Origin: a virus | Taxonomy: Duplodnaviria; Caudoviricetes | Virus record (IMG/VR): IMGVR_UViG_3300020247_000012 | Span: 1 to 25,537 of that record | Reading direction: 5' to 3' (one strand) | DNA length: 25,537 nucleotides | In this document: positions 9,701 to 19,400 of the stretch, piece by piece | Layout: each line of letters begins with the position of its first letter | How positions within the stretch are numbered: the first letter of the stretch is position 1 | Program-made: the position numbers and the translations under genes | Notes under the pieces: generated by a model | Seen by the model: only the letters and a program-made list of their open reading frames with translations | What the model was told of the DNA's origin: nothing | Database searches by the model: none

Positions 9701-12024
9701 CTGGTAGTAAATATCTAACTGCTCCTGATTTGGTTATCTACAATAGTAAGACAAGAACAGAAAATGATACAACTAAATTTGATGTTGAATTGAGTGGTAA
9801 TGCAGTAACACAAGCAAAGATTATTACTGGTGGTGGAAACCTAAGAAGTGGTGATAATGCTTTATATGCTGTCAATAATACTAATGGAGTTGGTATTGTT
9901 ACCGTTACATACAGTGCTCCAAATGTTACTGTAACACTTCAGACACCTCCTGAAGGATATACAAATAAGGTTCCTATACCATTCGCAGTTGGTGATAGAG
10001 TATTTGTTGAGAATGTTGGTGTATCAACAGGACATGGATACAATTCTTCTACCTATGGATATGAGTTCTTTACTCTCAATAATGTAAATCAGGCAACAGG
10101 ACTTGTTAATAAAGCAACTATTAGTTATGAGGTAGACGAAGATCCAGGAATATATGATTATGGTCAGTATGGATCAGTCTCAAATGAAGCAGATGTTGCT
10201 AAGTTCTCTATAGACTTACAAGAAGGTAGATTCTTTAAGGGTGAACCACTAATAACATCTAATGGTGATAAGGCAAGAGTTGTTGTTGGGTCAGGAAAGG
10301 CAAGAAATGTTTTGAGAGTTGATAATGTAGTTGGATTTAGTACTGGTCAATCAGTTACAGGTACAATATCTCGTGCTGGTGGTACTATTGAGAATATAGA
10401 AACCTATGAAGGACATTTTGAAACTGGTATTTTATATAATAAAGCATTTGGATGGGAAAGAGATACTGGTAAATTATCTGACTTCTATCAGAGAATTCAA
10501 GATAGTGACTACTATCAAAGTTTCTCATATTCTCTAAAATCAGAGGTTGGTATATCATCTTGGAGTGAACCAGTTGATGCATTAGGTCATATATCTGGAT
10601 TCAAGAAGCATTCAGATCTTCTTGTACCTTCTGTTGCTTCTGGAATAGGAACTATAATGGGTACTGGTGGTGTCAGTGTTGGAGTAAGTACTGAACAGAA
10701 GTCTGTTGTTCTTATTGGTAGTCATGGATCACTTTCTAACTATCATAACTTTGATCTTGGTTATGAAATCCCAGATAATGACAATACTGTAAGTAATAAA
10801 GTAGTATTCAATTCTACAAGATTTGGTGATTCATTATTATGTGAAACAAATAGAGTTTTAGAAATTGATGATATTAGTCCTGGATTCTATACTGATCCAA
10901 ATATTGAAAGATTAGTTGAAATTGATGCATTTGATATGTCTCAAGCAACTGCTCCTAGTGCAATAAAATATCATGCTCAAGTAGTTTTAGATTCTAAGTT
11001 TGGTGCGATTTATAATCTGGTTCAATATTGTGAGTTTGTAGTATTCCACGATGGTACAAACGTATATCTAAACCAATATTCAGATCTTTCTGATGAATTT
11101 GACTTAGGACAGTTTACTGTCAATCATATTGGAAGTTTAGTTTCAGTTTCATTCTCACCATTCAATGCTAGTTACACTTTTGATATAACCTTCTACAAGG
11201 AGAGTATTCCTAAGACTTCATCAGGTATTGGACTTACAGCATATGCAAATATTGAGAAAATTGGTATTACCTCAGCATTTACATCAAGTGGTAGTCCAAC
11301 AACTTCAACACTTTATGATATTGATTCCACTAAGTTCAAGTCTGGACATGTGATTATCGTTCATAATAAGGATGCTGGTAATCAAAAAGAAGTAGAAGAG
11401 TATAACTGGCTTGCTGATGGTACGTCTAATGTTCTTTATACTGATTATGGTAACATGGATAGTGGTGAACAGATGGGTGATTTTGATATTGTCAATAACA
11501 GTGGAACTATAAAACTACAATATACTCCAAATGCAAACACTAATGTTAGTGTGAAATTACTTCAAACTAACGTTGGTGTAGCGACTTACGTTACAAATAA
11601 CGTATCGGATATTCCTTTGATAGAAGTTGGTGATGCTGAATTGAATGCTACAAGAACAACAATTGGTGCACTTGGTTCTCCATCACCCACAACTATATCC
11701 ACAAAATCATTTGGTAACTTTACTTGTATGAAGTATTTTATCGAAATACATAATACAACTGATGATACATATTCATGCTTCAATATTGCTGCAAATGCAT
11801 TTGAAAGTCGCATTAATTACAACACATATAATAACATTTCAACTGTAGCAGGTACACCTGCTGATAAGAAACGTGATATACGTGCTATTGATATGGTGGC
11901 ATCTGGAACCAATGCAGTATTGAGGTTTGAACCATTACCAAATAAAGCATACATCACTAGGGTTTCCGAAATTCGGATTGATAAACCAGACAACGTACCA
12001 GACGATAAAACTGTAGACATCTAA
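3772..12024 (+). CDS. gp7: Giant baseplate wedge initiator (gp7-like), 2750 aa, with a YHYH-like domain and repeated beta modules
   Basis: Lies between gp6 and gp8. The N-terminus has SQVP......PLFGEFLKTYY and FIRQAKDFYRTKGSEEGFKILFGALY. The later RIQDSDYYQSFSYSLKS...W...V..LGHISGFK motif is typical of gp7-like proteins. A YHYH-like segment lies at about nt 7276-7635. Confidence 0.85.
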   Translation: MISTSITRVKINEVVESQVPQAIDSDNPLFGEFLKTYYHSQEFQGGPADIAENLVEYKGLDFLNNENLIGFTSVSSYINGSSKTIYVDSTKGWPEQWGLLKINGEIITYTGIGTTSFTGCSRGFSGIENNKKTNQPEFLTFTKSGIGTHAQGTRVHNLSNVFLQTFLQKLKKQVLPGFSERKLNNNIDQSNFIRQAKDFYRTKGSEEGFKILFGALYNKPVEMIQPAKYMIRPSDAGYITNDILIAKHVKGNPLNIAGQSLFQGNASGSVYGIESSHVGMSTYYNISISEGTILGLFKEKNKTFVTKSAPVNSTVLNVDSTVGFTTSGTFKVDDVDINYTGKNYTQFTGLTIGQLVGTGATCSQGTNAYAYEDGDEQKRVELEITNLINKVDINASSQQSGSDINLKSLGKEQDTLRFTSWIYNTASNYNILNFSQLSPTNWRLNLDTEHSFHSNDELGIIDIDNNVINATIANILSDTDIEVTCSVLDPTKRYFIRRSLLLKNNATADVQNTYSDGQGNVFVASNSLPHWTINPQKRIKSFATAAGNTANPTWIPIVDHNLFDGDLLTYNVETGVKLINLTDEESYYVKRIDQNNIALAYTPENIRSGEFINAFTVSDVHPGTHTLTPSIFYNSDLGAQRLLRKFPTPVDGDSFTETVQGGVGLFVNGVECYSYKATDSIYFGPLDSIEILNSGKDYDVINPPRIAVYQDGHTGVGASAIAQMKGTLQEILVDTDGVDYLEPPNVAMVGGNNVGSIVKAKIKRLSETREFDATTAGTVVNTKTDRFVFSEPHHFIDGEELIYTTNGTTPIGIGTTPGTLIDGAPYYVVKLNDHEMHISESQSKALAGIGTLPISQNGGGMHQFRTARRRSKVDKVLVEDPGVFYNREVVTIDGVNTYTDSIVIKDHHFRSGEVMKYSSSIGAIGGLSNGAEYYCIRIDDDTFRLSNSSKLDTHINFTSVGTGVHTFQDPPIVVEITGRQGVSTYNATATPIIRGEVIAAHVSNKGNEFGSTVINDNFKPEINTVTGSKAFLQPFIINGRVDQVIVKSGGENWFSTPEITILGDGVGATAKAIIDSGRITKIIMIEKGGGYTQAATTASARSPGIDALYSANIRKWTINQVDRYAKFLGVDVDDGYLEVSKDTTKGNPYANYYVPRELQTFLGDDGVKHSPIVGWAYDGNPIYGPSAFKKTDGSGGVDYIKPSYVKVAGQRVDGPNISDFPIGFFCEDYSYQAGYGDLDQHNGRFSVTPEFPNGVYAYYTTLNPAVVSAAGNPFQGFREPLFPYIIGETYKSVPEPLNLDFEFDQRIDPLDYDLVRNTTPYNINKYEFISRGTKSVSTQARILYASAGSVEELEILDNGREYKVGDNVVFDNTDTDGYGAIGRVRKIFGPQLSSIGVTVYELPNATFQYKGGEVLGISTVPHTLVTGDVVEISNIQNEDYKMIEGKHKVTRVNPAKAGIVTAMQAVSGSVGLTTTIQLEDDVNTFKIGDILRIDHEEMEVYDISTKYSTVSLIRARNGTVGAAHTQPNVLSRLQKEFTFELVDEVPNTDEDVSRYFGKDVVGAGISFGTGIGHTITTAEYGSRKIPSRTIFIKDHPFINGEKLYYSSGAQGIGVSMKYQPTGVGTASGWIADLPPEVYASVIDRNLVGIITQLADATDPSKRVMFHDQQNVGMGNTHSLTTNRVGVCTGDLIRYEVTATTLGTHTLEPLDTVEMSVVSTGTSSLAMTYDAGNRFVSIGSSINPVVNVIEGDTLEFDVSDPSLENTKLQFFLDHKFQKSFVGSGVSRPEVIYTNSAGQIDSKVSVRFTPQVPQVLYYKVNSELPTKVVEVDTDIDQYNKIIVNNSIFTGKATISSVTSNTFKYNIFQNTEKVGYTTAVADLSYLLVTGNEGGPIGQIDLISGGLSYKDIPQVTIASTTGSSALLKAKGSSIGVLDNVGLIDIGYDYPTDRTLRPEASVPQVVFLKDNFSVSNVAITSTGSKYLTAPDLVIYNSKTRTENDTTKFDVELSGNAVTQAKIITGGGNLRSGDNALYAVNNTNGVGIVTVTYSAPNVTVTLQTPPEGYTNKVPIPFAVGDRVFVENVGVSTGHGYNSSTYGYEFFTLNNVNQATGLVNKATISYEVDEDPGIYDYGQYGSVSNEADVAKFSIDLQEGRFFKGEPLITSNGDKARVVVGSGKARNVLRVDNVVGFSTGQSVTGTISRAGGTIENIETYEGHFETGILYNKAFGWERDTGKLSDFYQRIQDSDYYQSFSYSLKSEVGISSWSEPVDALGHISGFKKHSDLLVPSVASGIGTIMGTGGVSVGVSTEQKSVVLIGSHGSLSNYHNFDLGYEIPDNDNTVSNKVVFNSTRFGDSLLCETNRVLEIDDISPGFYTDPNIERLVEIDAFDMSQATAPSAIKYHAQVVLDSKFGAIYNLVQYCEFVVFHDGTNVYLNQYSDLSDEFDLGQFTVNHIGSLVSVSFSPFNASYTFDITFYKESIPKTSSGIGLTAYANIEKIGITSAFTSSGSPTTSTLYDIDSTKFKSGHVIIVHNKDAGNQKEVEEYNWLADGTSNVLYTDYGNMDSGEQMGDFDIVNNSGTIKLQYTPNANTNVSVKLLQTNVGVATYVTNNVSDIPLIEVGDAELNATRTTIGALGSPSPTTISTKSFGNFTCMKYFIEIHNTTDDTYSCFNIAANAFESRINYNTYNNISTVAGTPADKKRDIRAIDMVASGTNAVLRFEPLPNKAYITRVSEIRIDKPDNVPDDKTVDI

Positions 12025-14882
12025 TGGGATTTTCACTTGCGTCAATAAACAGACAGTTCAACAGCGAAACTGAAACTTTTCAACAGTCATTCGCATTGAC
12101 TCATGAAAGGAATCCTCTTTTTCATAAAGAATTTGATGGGTCAGATACTTCTGTAGTACTTCTTGGTGATGATTCTATTGTCATTAAGAATCACTATTTT
12201 GTGACAGGTGAAGCAGTAACATATTCAGATAATGGTGCTCCCATTAACATTCAGAACGGTGTAAGTGGTGTAGGTGCTGCTACAACAATGCCTAAAACAG
12301 TTTATGTTATCAAGGTAGATGAGAATAAAATAAGACTTGCTGGAACTAAAGCATTCGCTAAATCTGCAACCCCAATCAATATTTTATCAGTAGGTGTTGG
12401 TGTTACTCATTCACTTACAGCAACTAAGAAGAATACTAAGTGTATAGTTGCTCTTGATAATATAATTCAATCTCCACTTTATGAAAGAGTAGGTGCTGCT
12501 ACAACTGTAATACAAGTTCTAAACCGTGAAGTAACTGTTGCTGATTCAAGCATATTCAAAGCATATGATCTTCTTGAGATCAATGGTGAGATTATGAGAG
12601 TGTCATTGAATAATTTTGGTGGTGTTCAGAATAAGATGTTGGTAGATAGAGCATGGATGGGAACTACAAAATTATCACATGGTGCTAATGACGAATGTAA
12701 GTTAGTTCTTGGTGATTATAACATTGTAGATGATACTATAACGTTTGCTGATGTACCCTTTGGTGGTACTAGACAAGAAGTTGGTATAGCTTCTGGGGAT
12801 TTCAGTGGTAATAATTTTGGATGCCTTACAGAGGTACTGAGGACAGGTACAAAGGTAAAGATTAGAAGTTTGAATCCACCATCACCCTTGATTGGTAATG
12901 AAGATTATTTTATTATACAGCAAGCAGCAAACTATTTTTCATTTGCTGAAACTAAGGGTATGGCATTAACTGGTATTGCTTTGACTCTAACCAGTGCTGG
13001 AATTGGTACACATAAACTTATTGTTGCAGACACACCAGTTGGATCATCTTTCCAAGGAAGACAGTTTATTAGATCTGACTATGATGGTAACTTAGTACTT
13101 GATGATGTTGCTACAAGTTTTACTGGTATTGGTAAAACATTTACACTTACAAGTGGTGGTAGTAATACTACTGGTATAACAAGTGATTATGGTGCCATAT
13201 TGATCAATAATATATTCCAGAAACCTGAAAATGATTATACTTTTATCAGTTCACCTAGTCCTGGTATTACATCTGTTAGATTTACTGGTAATGAAGCACC
13301 TGGTGTAACTGAGATATATTCTCTTACGGATGTAAATGCAAACAAGTTACCTAGAAAGGGTATTATTGCTGGTCTTGGAAATACACAAGGGTTTGGATAT
13401 CAACCTGGTTTTTATGATGACATTAAATTAGAGAGTTCTAGTACTGGTATCGGTGTTTCTATTAGTGTTGAGATTGGAGTTGGTAATAGTATAAAGGGAT
13501 TTGATATTGTTAATCCTGGTTTTGGATTTACATCAGGAGAAAATCTAACAGTTGTTGGTATACCTACAATTTCTACATTTGGATCCGATTTCCAATCTGC
13601 TATATTCACAGTTACAGATACTGTTGATGATGAATTTACTGGTTGGGTATTTGGTAAGATGCAAATCTTAGATGATTTCTCTTCAGAATTTGATGGTAGA
13701 AAGACTGTCTTTACTTTGAAAGAAGATAATAAACCCATTAGTATTGAAAAACCAGAAGGTAGTGTAATAAGTTTAGATGATGTATTATTAATCTTTATCA
13801 ATGATACATTACAGAAACCAAAAATTGCTTACAATTTCAAAGGTGGTACTCAAATAGAATTTACAGAGGCACCAACTGCAGGGTCAACTTTACAGATGCT
13901 TTTCTATAAAGGAACTGATGCTGATACTTCAAATACTACTGCTATACAATCAGTCAAAAAAGGTGATGGTATAACACTTGGAAAACAAACTCAAAGAACT
14001 GTTAGAGAAGTTATATCAAGAGATACTCTTCAAACTACCAACTATAAAGGTGTAGGTATTACTGGAGATAGACTTCCTTTCAGACCGATTGAATTAAGAA
14101 AACAAAGAGATGATGTATTTGTAGAAGGTGTAAAAGTAAGTAAGGCAAGAACTATATTTGCTGGTCGTATATTCCCTTCTTCACAACTTATCAAGACTGC
14201 TGAAAAGGGTGATGGAACATTATATGTTAGAGGTGGTTCAATGAGTTTCAAAAAGTCTGAGCAATCACAAGTTTATAGCCCTGAAGTAAATTTCCCTATA
14301 AAAGTTATTGATGGTCATTCATCTACTGTTGGGTTTGGTACAACTGGATATGAACATCCTGTATCCGAACATCCTGTTTCAAATATTTTTGGTGATGAAG
14401 GTCATATTATTGGAATAGGATCTACTGCTCAAGGTGTTCAATTCAATTTCCATTTTCCAGCAAACTCCTTACTTAGACAATCTCTATATGGTGGTATTGT
14501 AAAAACTGGTATTTCTACTGGAGATTATTTCCTTGTAACGAGATCTAATGTTGGTAATGGTGTTACTGCATTATCTCAAGATAGAACTGAAACTGTTGGT
14601 ATAGCAACAGAATTCTTAGATGGTGTTTTTGAAGTTGCTCATGTTGATGATATTACTGCTCAAATCGTTAGAGTTCATACTAATGTTTCACCTGGTCATG
14701 GACTCAACTTTGTAGGTCTAGCAAGCGATATAGGTAATTACTACGGTCAGTTTAGTTGGGCAAAAGTAAGCACTGGAGGTATGGGTACAACCTTCACTGT
14801 GAACGCAAATGAGGGTCTAACTGGGTTGTCTACTGCTCCTGTAGTAACGAGAACTGAAAAACTTCTCCTAGATTATCCATAA
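12024..14882 (+). CDS. Baseplate-associated virion structural protein, 952 aa (possibly a separated C-terminal part of a gp7-like protein)
   Basis: Gly/Thr/Val-rich and beta-rich, sharing repeat modules with gp7. It has LDDFSSEFDGRKTVFTL and LLIFINDTLQKP..AYNF.GG..IEFTEAP motifs seen in cyanophage virion proteins. Coupled to gp7 by a TAATG overlap. Confidence 0.75.
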   Translation: MGFSLASINRQFNSETETFQQSFALTHERNPLFHKEFDGSDTSVVLLGDDSIVIKNHYFVTGEAVTYSDNGAPINIQNGVSGVGAATTMPKTVYVIKVDENKIRLAGTKAFAKSATPINILSVGVGVTHSLTATKKNTKCIVALDNIIQSPLYERVGAATTVIQVLNREVTVADSSIFKAYDLLEINGEIMRVSLNNFGGVQNKMLVDRAWMGTTKLSHGANDECKLVLGDYNIVDDTITFADVPFGGTRQEVGIASGDFSGNNFGCLTEVLRTGTKVKIRSLNPPSPLIGNEDYFIIQQAANYFSFAETKGMALTGIALTLTSAGIGTHKLIVADTPVGSSFQGRQFIRSDYDGNLVLDDVATSFTGIGKTFTLTSGGSNTTGITSDYGAILINNIFQKPENDYTFISSPSPGITSVRFTGNEAPGVTEIYSLTDVNANKLPRKGIIAGLGNTQGFGYQPGFYDDIKLESSSTGIGVSISVEIGVGNSIKGFDIVNPGFGFTSGENLTVVGIPTISTFGSDFQSAIFTVTDTVDDEFTGWVFGKMQILDDFSSEFDGRKTVFTLKEDNKPISIEKPEGSVISLDDVLLIFINDTLQKPKIAYNFKGGTQIEFTEAPTAGSTLQMLFYKGTDADTSNTTAIQSVKKGDGITLGKQTQRTVREVISRDTLQTTNYKGVGITGDRLPFRPIELRKQRDDVFVEGVKVSKARTIFAGRIFPSSQLIKTAEKGDGTLYVRGGSMSFKKSEQSQVYSPEVNFPIKVIDGHSSTVGFGTTGYEHPVSEHPVSNIFGDEGHIIGIGSTAQGVQFNFHFPANSLLRQSLYGGIVKTGISTGDYFLVTRSNVGNGVTALSQDRTETVGIATEFLDGVFEVAHVDDITAQIVRVHTNVSPGHGLNFVGLASDIGNYYGQFSWAKVSTGGMGTTFTVNANEGLTGLSTAPVVTRTEKLLLDYP

Positions 14883-14885
14883 ATA
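14879..14885 (+). promoter_or_regulatory. T4-like late promoter motif (ATAAATA) upstream of gp8
   Basis: Overlaps the TAA stop of the preceding gene, 22 nt before ATG 14908. Confidence 0.65.
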
Positions 14886-14907
14886 AGATGAAAAGTTAAT
14901 TAGTGTA

Positions 14908-16443
14908 ATGCCAGCGATTATAACTGATCAGATTAGAGTATTGAATGCGTCTAACTTTGTTAGTGGAATTTCCACCACTGATAACAGTTATTACGTCTTT
15001 ATTGGCTTGCCTAACGCTACAAGTGCTGTTACTGACTGGAACACAAATACCCCGTCACCTATTGATAATTTTGATCAACATGATGATGTATACGATACGC
15101 TAATATCTGCTAAGAAAATAAACTCTGCTGATGTACTAAGGGTAATTCGTAAACTAACATGGAAGAGTGGTTCTATTTACGAAATGTATCGTCATGATTA
15201 CAGCATCAATAATGTTAGCCCGCAGACAAGTTCAACAAGTTTATATAATGCAAACTACTATATTCTAAATTCTGATTTTAGAGTGTACGAATGCATCTAT
15301 AATGGTGCTGCACCTTCTAATAGTGGAAATGGTATTGTATCGTTACAGGAACCTGTACATACTGACCTAGAACCAAGATTAGAGAGTGATGGATATATCT
15401 GGAAATACCTTTATACTATAAAACCAAGTGATATTATAAAATTTGATAGTGCTGATTATGTTCCAGTACCAGCAGACTGGACAACCAGTACTGATGTACA
15501 AGATGTAAGAAATTCTGCTGTTGATGGTAAGATAGAGGTAGTTACTATAGAAGAGAACGCAAGTGCTTCTTACCAGTTTACTGGTACGAAGAACGGAGTT
15601 CCTATTAGAGGAGATGGACAAGATGGTTTAGCATCGGTTACATTCGTAAACGGTCAACCAACTGCTGTTCAGGTTACTAATGGTGGAACTGGATACAGTT
15701 TTGCTACTTTAGACCTTGATAGTTCTGTTGCTGGTAGTGGTGCTGAGTTCTCGGTAATCATACCCCCTGCTGGTGGTCATGGTGCAGATATCTACAGAGA
15801 ACTAGGATCTAATAAAGTTCTTGTTTATAGTAGGATAGAGAATAGTGACGTAACAAACCCAGACTTTCCGACGGGTAACCAGTTTGCCAGAATTGGTATT
15901 CTGAAAAACCCTCAGGTAAATGGTAGTACAAATCTACTAGAGATACCTTCTGCTTCTGGTGTTTATGGTTTACGTTTGGCTGGTGCAGCTGCGACTACAA
16001 TGACAGTCGAAGTTGATGGTCAACTAACTCAAACAGTTGGTCTTGGATCAACTGCTATAGGAAGAATCATTGGTTACGATCCTATTACTAAGGTTTTACA
16101 ATATTGGCAAGATAGAAGTCTTGCTGCTGGTGACGTAACTTCCCTCAACCAATTCGCTCTAAATAAGTTCACAGCCTCACCAGATACAGGTAATGGTGGG
16201 AATCTGAACGTTGTAGTAACAACAACAGGAGGAACTGAAACCCTGTCAATTGATACAGCATTCACGGGAGTATCAACTTCAGTCAACGCTAGAACATATT
16301 ACTTTGGACAATCCTATAATTCAGGTATTGCCAGTCCAGAGATTAAAAAATATTCAGGAGATATAATTTATCTTGACAATCGTCCTGAAGTGACCAGAGC
16401 AACAAACCAACGAGAAGATATCAAAATCATTTTAGAATTCTGA
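14908..16443 (+). CDS. gp8: Baseplate wedge subunit gp8, 511 aa
   Basis: MPAIITDQIR start, W.SG..YEMYRHDYS, NSDFRVYECIYN, DGYIWKYLYTI, IPPAGGHGAD...ELG and a C-terminal YSGDIIYLDNR..VTR..NQREDIKIILEF, characteristic of cyanophage gp8. Confidence 0.92.
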   Translation: MPAIITDQIRVLNASNFVSGISTTDNSYYVFIGLPNATSAVTDWNTNTPSPIDNFDQHDDVYDTLISAKKINSADVLRVIRKLTWKSGSIYEMYRHDYSINNVSPQTSSTSLYNANYYILNSDFRVYECIYNGAAPSNSGNGIVSLQEPVHTDLEPRLESDGYIWKYLYTIKPSDIIKFDSADYVPVPADWTTSTDVQDVRNSAVDGKIEVVTIEENASASYQFTGTKNGVPIRGDGQDGLASVTFVNGQPTAVQVTNGGTGYSFATLDLDSSVAGSGAEFSVIIPPAGGHGADIYRELGSNKVLVYSRIENSDVTNPDFPTGNQFARIGILKNPQVNGSTNLLEIPSASGVYGLRLAGAAATTMTVEVDGQLTQTVGLGSTAIGRIIGYDPITKVLQYWQDRSLAAGDVTSLNQFALNKFTASPDTGNGGNLNVVVTTTGGTETLSIDTAFTGVSTSVNARTYYFGQSYNSGIASPEIKKYSGDIIYLDNRPEVTRATNQREDIKIILEF

Positions 16444-16447
16444 TACA

Positions 16448-19400
16448 ATGCCACAGAACACCAACCTAAACGTCAGCCCATATTTTGACGATTTTGATTC
16501 TGAGAAGAATTTCAATAAGGTCTTATTCAAACCAGGTACCCCTGTTCAGGCAAGGGAACTTACGACACTGCAATCAATTTTGCAAGGTCAAATAGAGAAG
16601 TTTGGTAAGCATATATTCAAAGAAGGATCAATAGTCATACCTGGTAAATTCAATTACGATTTTGAGTACACATATGTCAAGGTAGAATCTACATTTTTTG
16701 GTGTTCCTGTAGAAAGCTACTATGATAAACTTATTGGTGTAAGGATTAGAGGTAAGGATAGTGGTGTAACTGCAAAGGTAGTAAAGGTATTACCTCAATC
16801 AGAATCACTTGAGAATTCAACTACTCTTTATATCAAGTATGAAGGTAGTTCTGATGACCTTACTCGTGAAACATTTCTTGATGGAGAAAACTTAGTTACA
16901 CTGAAGGATATCACATATGGTGTAACAACTATTGCTGATGGTTCTGACTTTGCTACAGCATCCAGTTCTAATGCAACAGGATTTGGTTCTGCATTTAGTT
17001 TGATTCGTGGTATATTCTTTGCTAGAGGTGCTTTTGTAGAAGTAAAGACAGAAACTTTAATATTGGATCAGTATGGAAATGAACCATCTTTCCGTGTTGG
17101 TTTTCTTGTAAGAGAAGAAATTGTTACTTCAGTAGAAGACGAGTCTTTATACGATAATGCTGCTGGTTTTAGTAACTTTACTGCTCCAGGTGCAGACAGA
17201 TTAAAGATTGGCCTGGTCCTAACTAAGAAACCTCTTACAGATTTCAATGATGAGAACTTCATTGAATTGTTTAGAACTGATGTAGGAGAAGTCAAGCATC
17301 TTGTAGATAGAACTGTATATAACGAACTTGCTAAAGAATTTGCTAGAAGAACATATGATGAGTCTGGTAACTACTATGTTACCAAATTTGATTTAGAACC
17401 AAAAGAATGTTTGAATGATAGGTTCTCAAGATATGGTCAGTTTACAAAGGATCGTTTGACTGAGGATGGTAATGTACCATCTGAAGACTTGATGTGTATG
17501 CGTATTGGACCAGGTAAGGCATACGTAAGGGGTTTTGAAGTAAGTGTTAATGGTACTAAGTATCTTGATATACCAAAACCAAGAACTACTAAGACAGCAG
17601 AAACAAGGGCTGTTGGATTTGAAGCAGGTAATAGACTAAGATTAAATAATGTGCACCATGCTGCTCAAATAAGATTAGCTGCTGGTAATGCTGATTTTGT
17701 TGATTTACGTAGTGCTAGACTAGGTTCTAATAAAGCAACTGCTGCTGGTGATAGTATTGGTCGTGCAAGAGTATATGATTATAAACTTCAAAGTTCTGCA
17801 TATGTTGATAATTCATCTGTATATGAATTATATCTTTTCGATATTGTAACTGATACTAAACTAACAATCAACCAAGCAATATCTCTCAACGCTCCTGCTC
17901 TTGTCCAAGGTAGTAGGTCAGGTGCTAGAGGTATGTTAAGAAGCAATGCCAGTGGTAGTACTACTTTGATATTATCTGAAACTGCTGGACAGTTTGTTCT
18001 TGACGAAGCACTTATCATCAATGGTGAGCAACAAGGAAGAGTAGTTACTGGTATTACTGAATATGATCTTACTGATGTGAAATCTGTTAGATCTACTGGT
18101 GGTGGTAGGACATTTGGTGCTGATGTCCTTATGGAAGAGATAGCGAACTTTGGTTCTGTAGCAGTCAATATTTCTGCTCCTTCTGGTGGTAAGAGTACTA
18201 TTAGCTCTGGAGTAACTGGTTGGGCTAAGAAGATAAGACCTGGTAGTATTATTTCTTATACTGCTACTGGTATAACTGTCCCAGTTTTTCATAAGGTAAC
18301 TTCTGTATCTGGTAGTGGATTTAGTGCTGAATGCGAAGCGGTACAGACCGTTACTAACGTATGTAATGGTGCTCTTCCTTCAGGTGCACTTACTGTTAGT
18401 GGAGTAAGAGTTTTAGGTGGTAGGGTAAAAGAATCTAAGAAAGGAACTTTAGTAGCAGATATGCCACATACAAATGTGGAATCTGTTGATCTGACTGAAT
18501 CTACAATATTTGTTCGTGATGAAGCAACAAGTCAATCTACATCAGGTGGTGGTCAGTTGACTTTACCTTCACTTGTAGGTAGTGATTACGTTTATGCAGC
18601 ATTTGATGAGGAAAGATATAATGTAACTTATACTAACGGTACGACTGCTGTACTATCATCAGATCAATTTGCATTCACTAATGGTGGTAAGAGTGCAACT
18701 ATATCTGGTCTTACTGCAAGCCAAAGTGGTAATGTTATTGTTCAAGTAACTAAGCAAAAATCTAAAGTAAATTCAAAAGTTAAGACTCTTATTCAGTGTG
18801 CAACATTAGATATCACAGGTTCTAATAAAGCAAACTCTGGTGTAACAACTGGTCTAAAAGATGGATTAACTACAAATGGTGTATATGGTAAACGTGTACA
18901 AGATAAAGAAGTATCTTTAGATAATGCAGATATCATTGAAGTTCATGCAGTATTTGAATCTTCAGGAAGTGGTACACCTACTATTCCAAAACTAACATTA
19001 GCTGCATTCAGTGGTCCTAATCAAAACAATACAGATATTCAAATTGGTGAAGTTGGTATTGGTAAGAGTTCTGGTGCTGCTGCATTAGTTCTTGCTCGTT
19101 CTGGTGTAGATGCTGTAGAAATTGTAACTAGGAATAATCAAAGCTTCTTTGAGACTGAAGAAATTAGTTTCCAGAAGAGTGGTGTGAAAGCAAACCTATC
19201 AACAAATGAACCAGGTGATCCTAACATCCGTAAGAATTATGTTCTCGATAATGGACAGAGGGATGAATATTATGATTTTGGACGTTTGACAAGAAAACCA
19301 AATGTATCTGAACCACAAGGCAGATTGAAGGTATTCTATGATAGATATGATATACAAGGCGATGATAGTGGTGATATAGTAACGGCTTCTTCATATGAAA

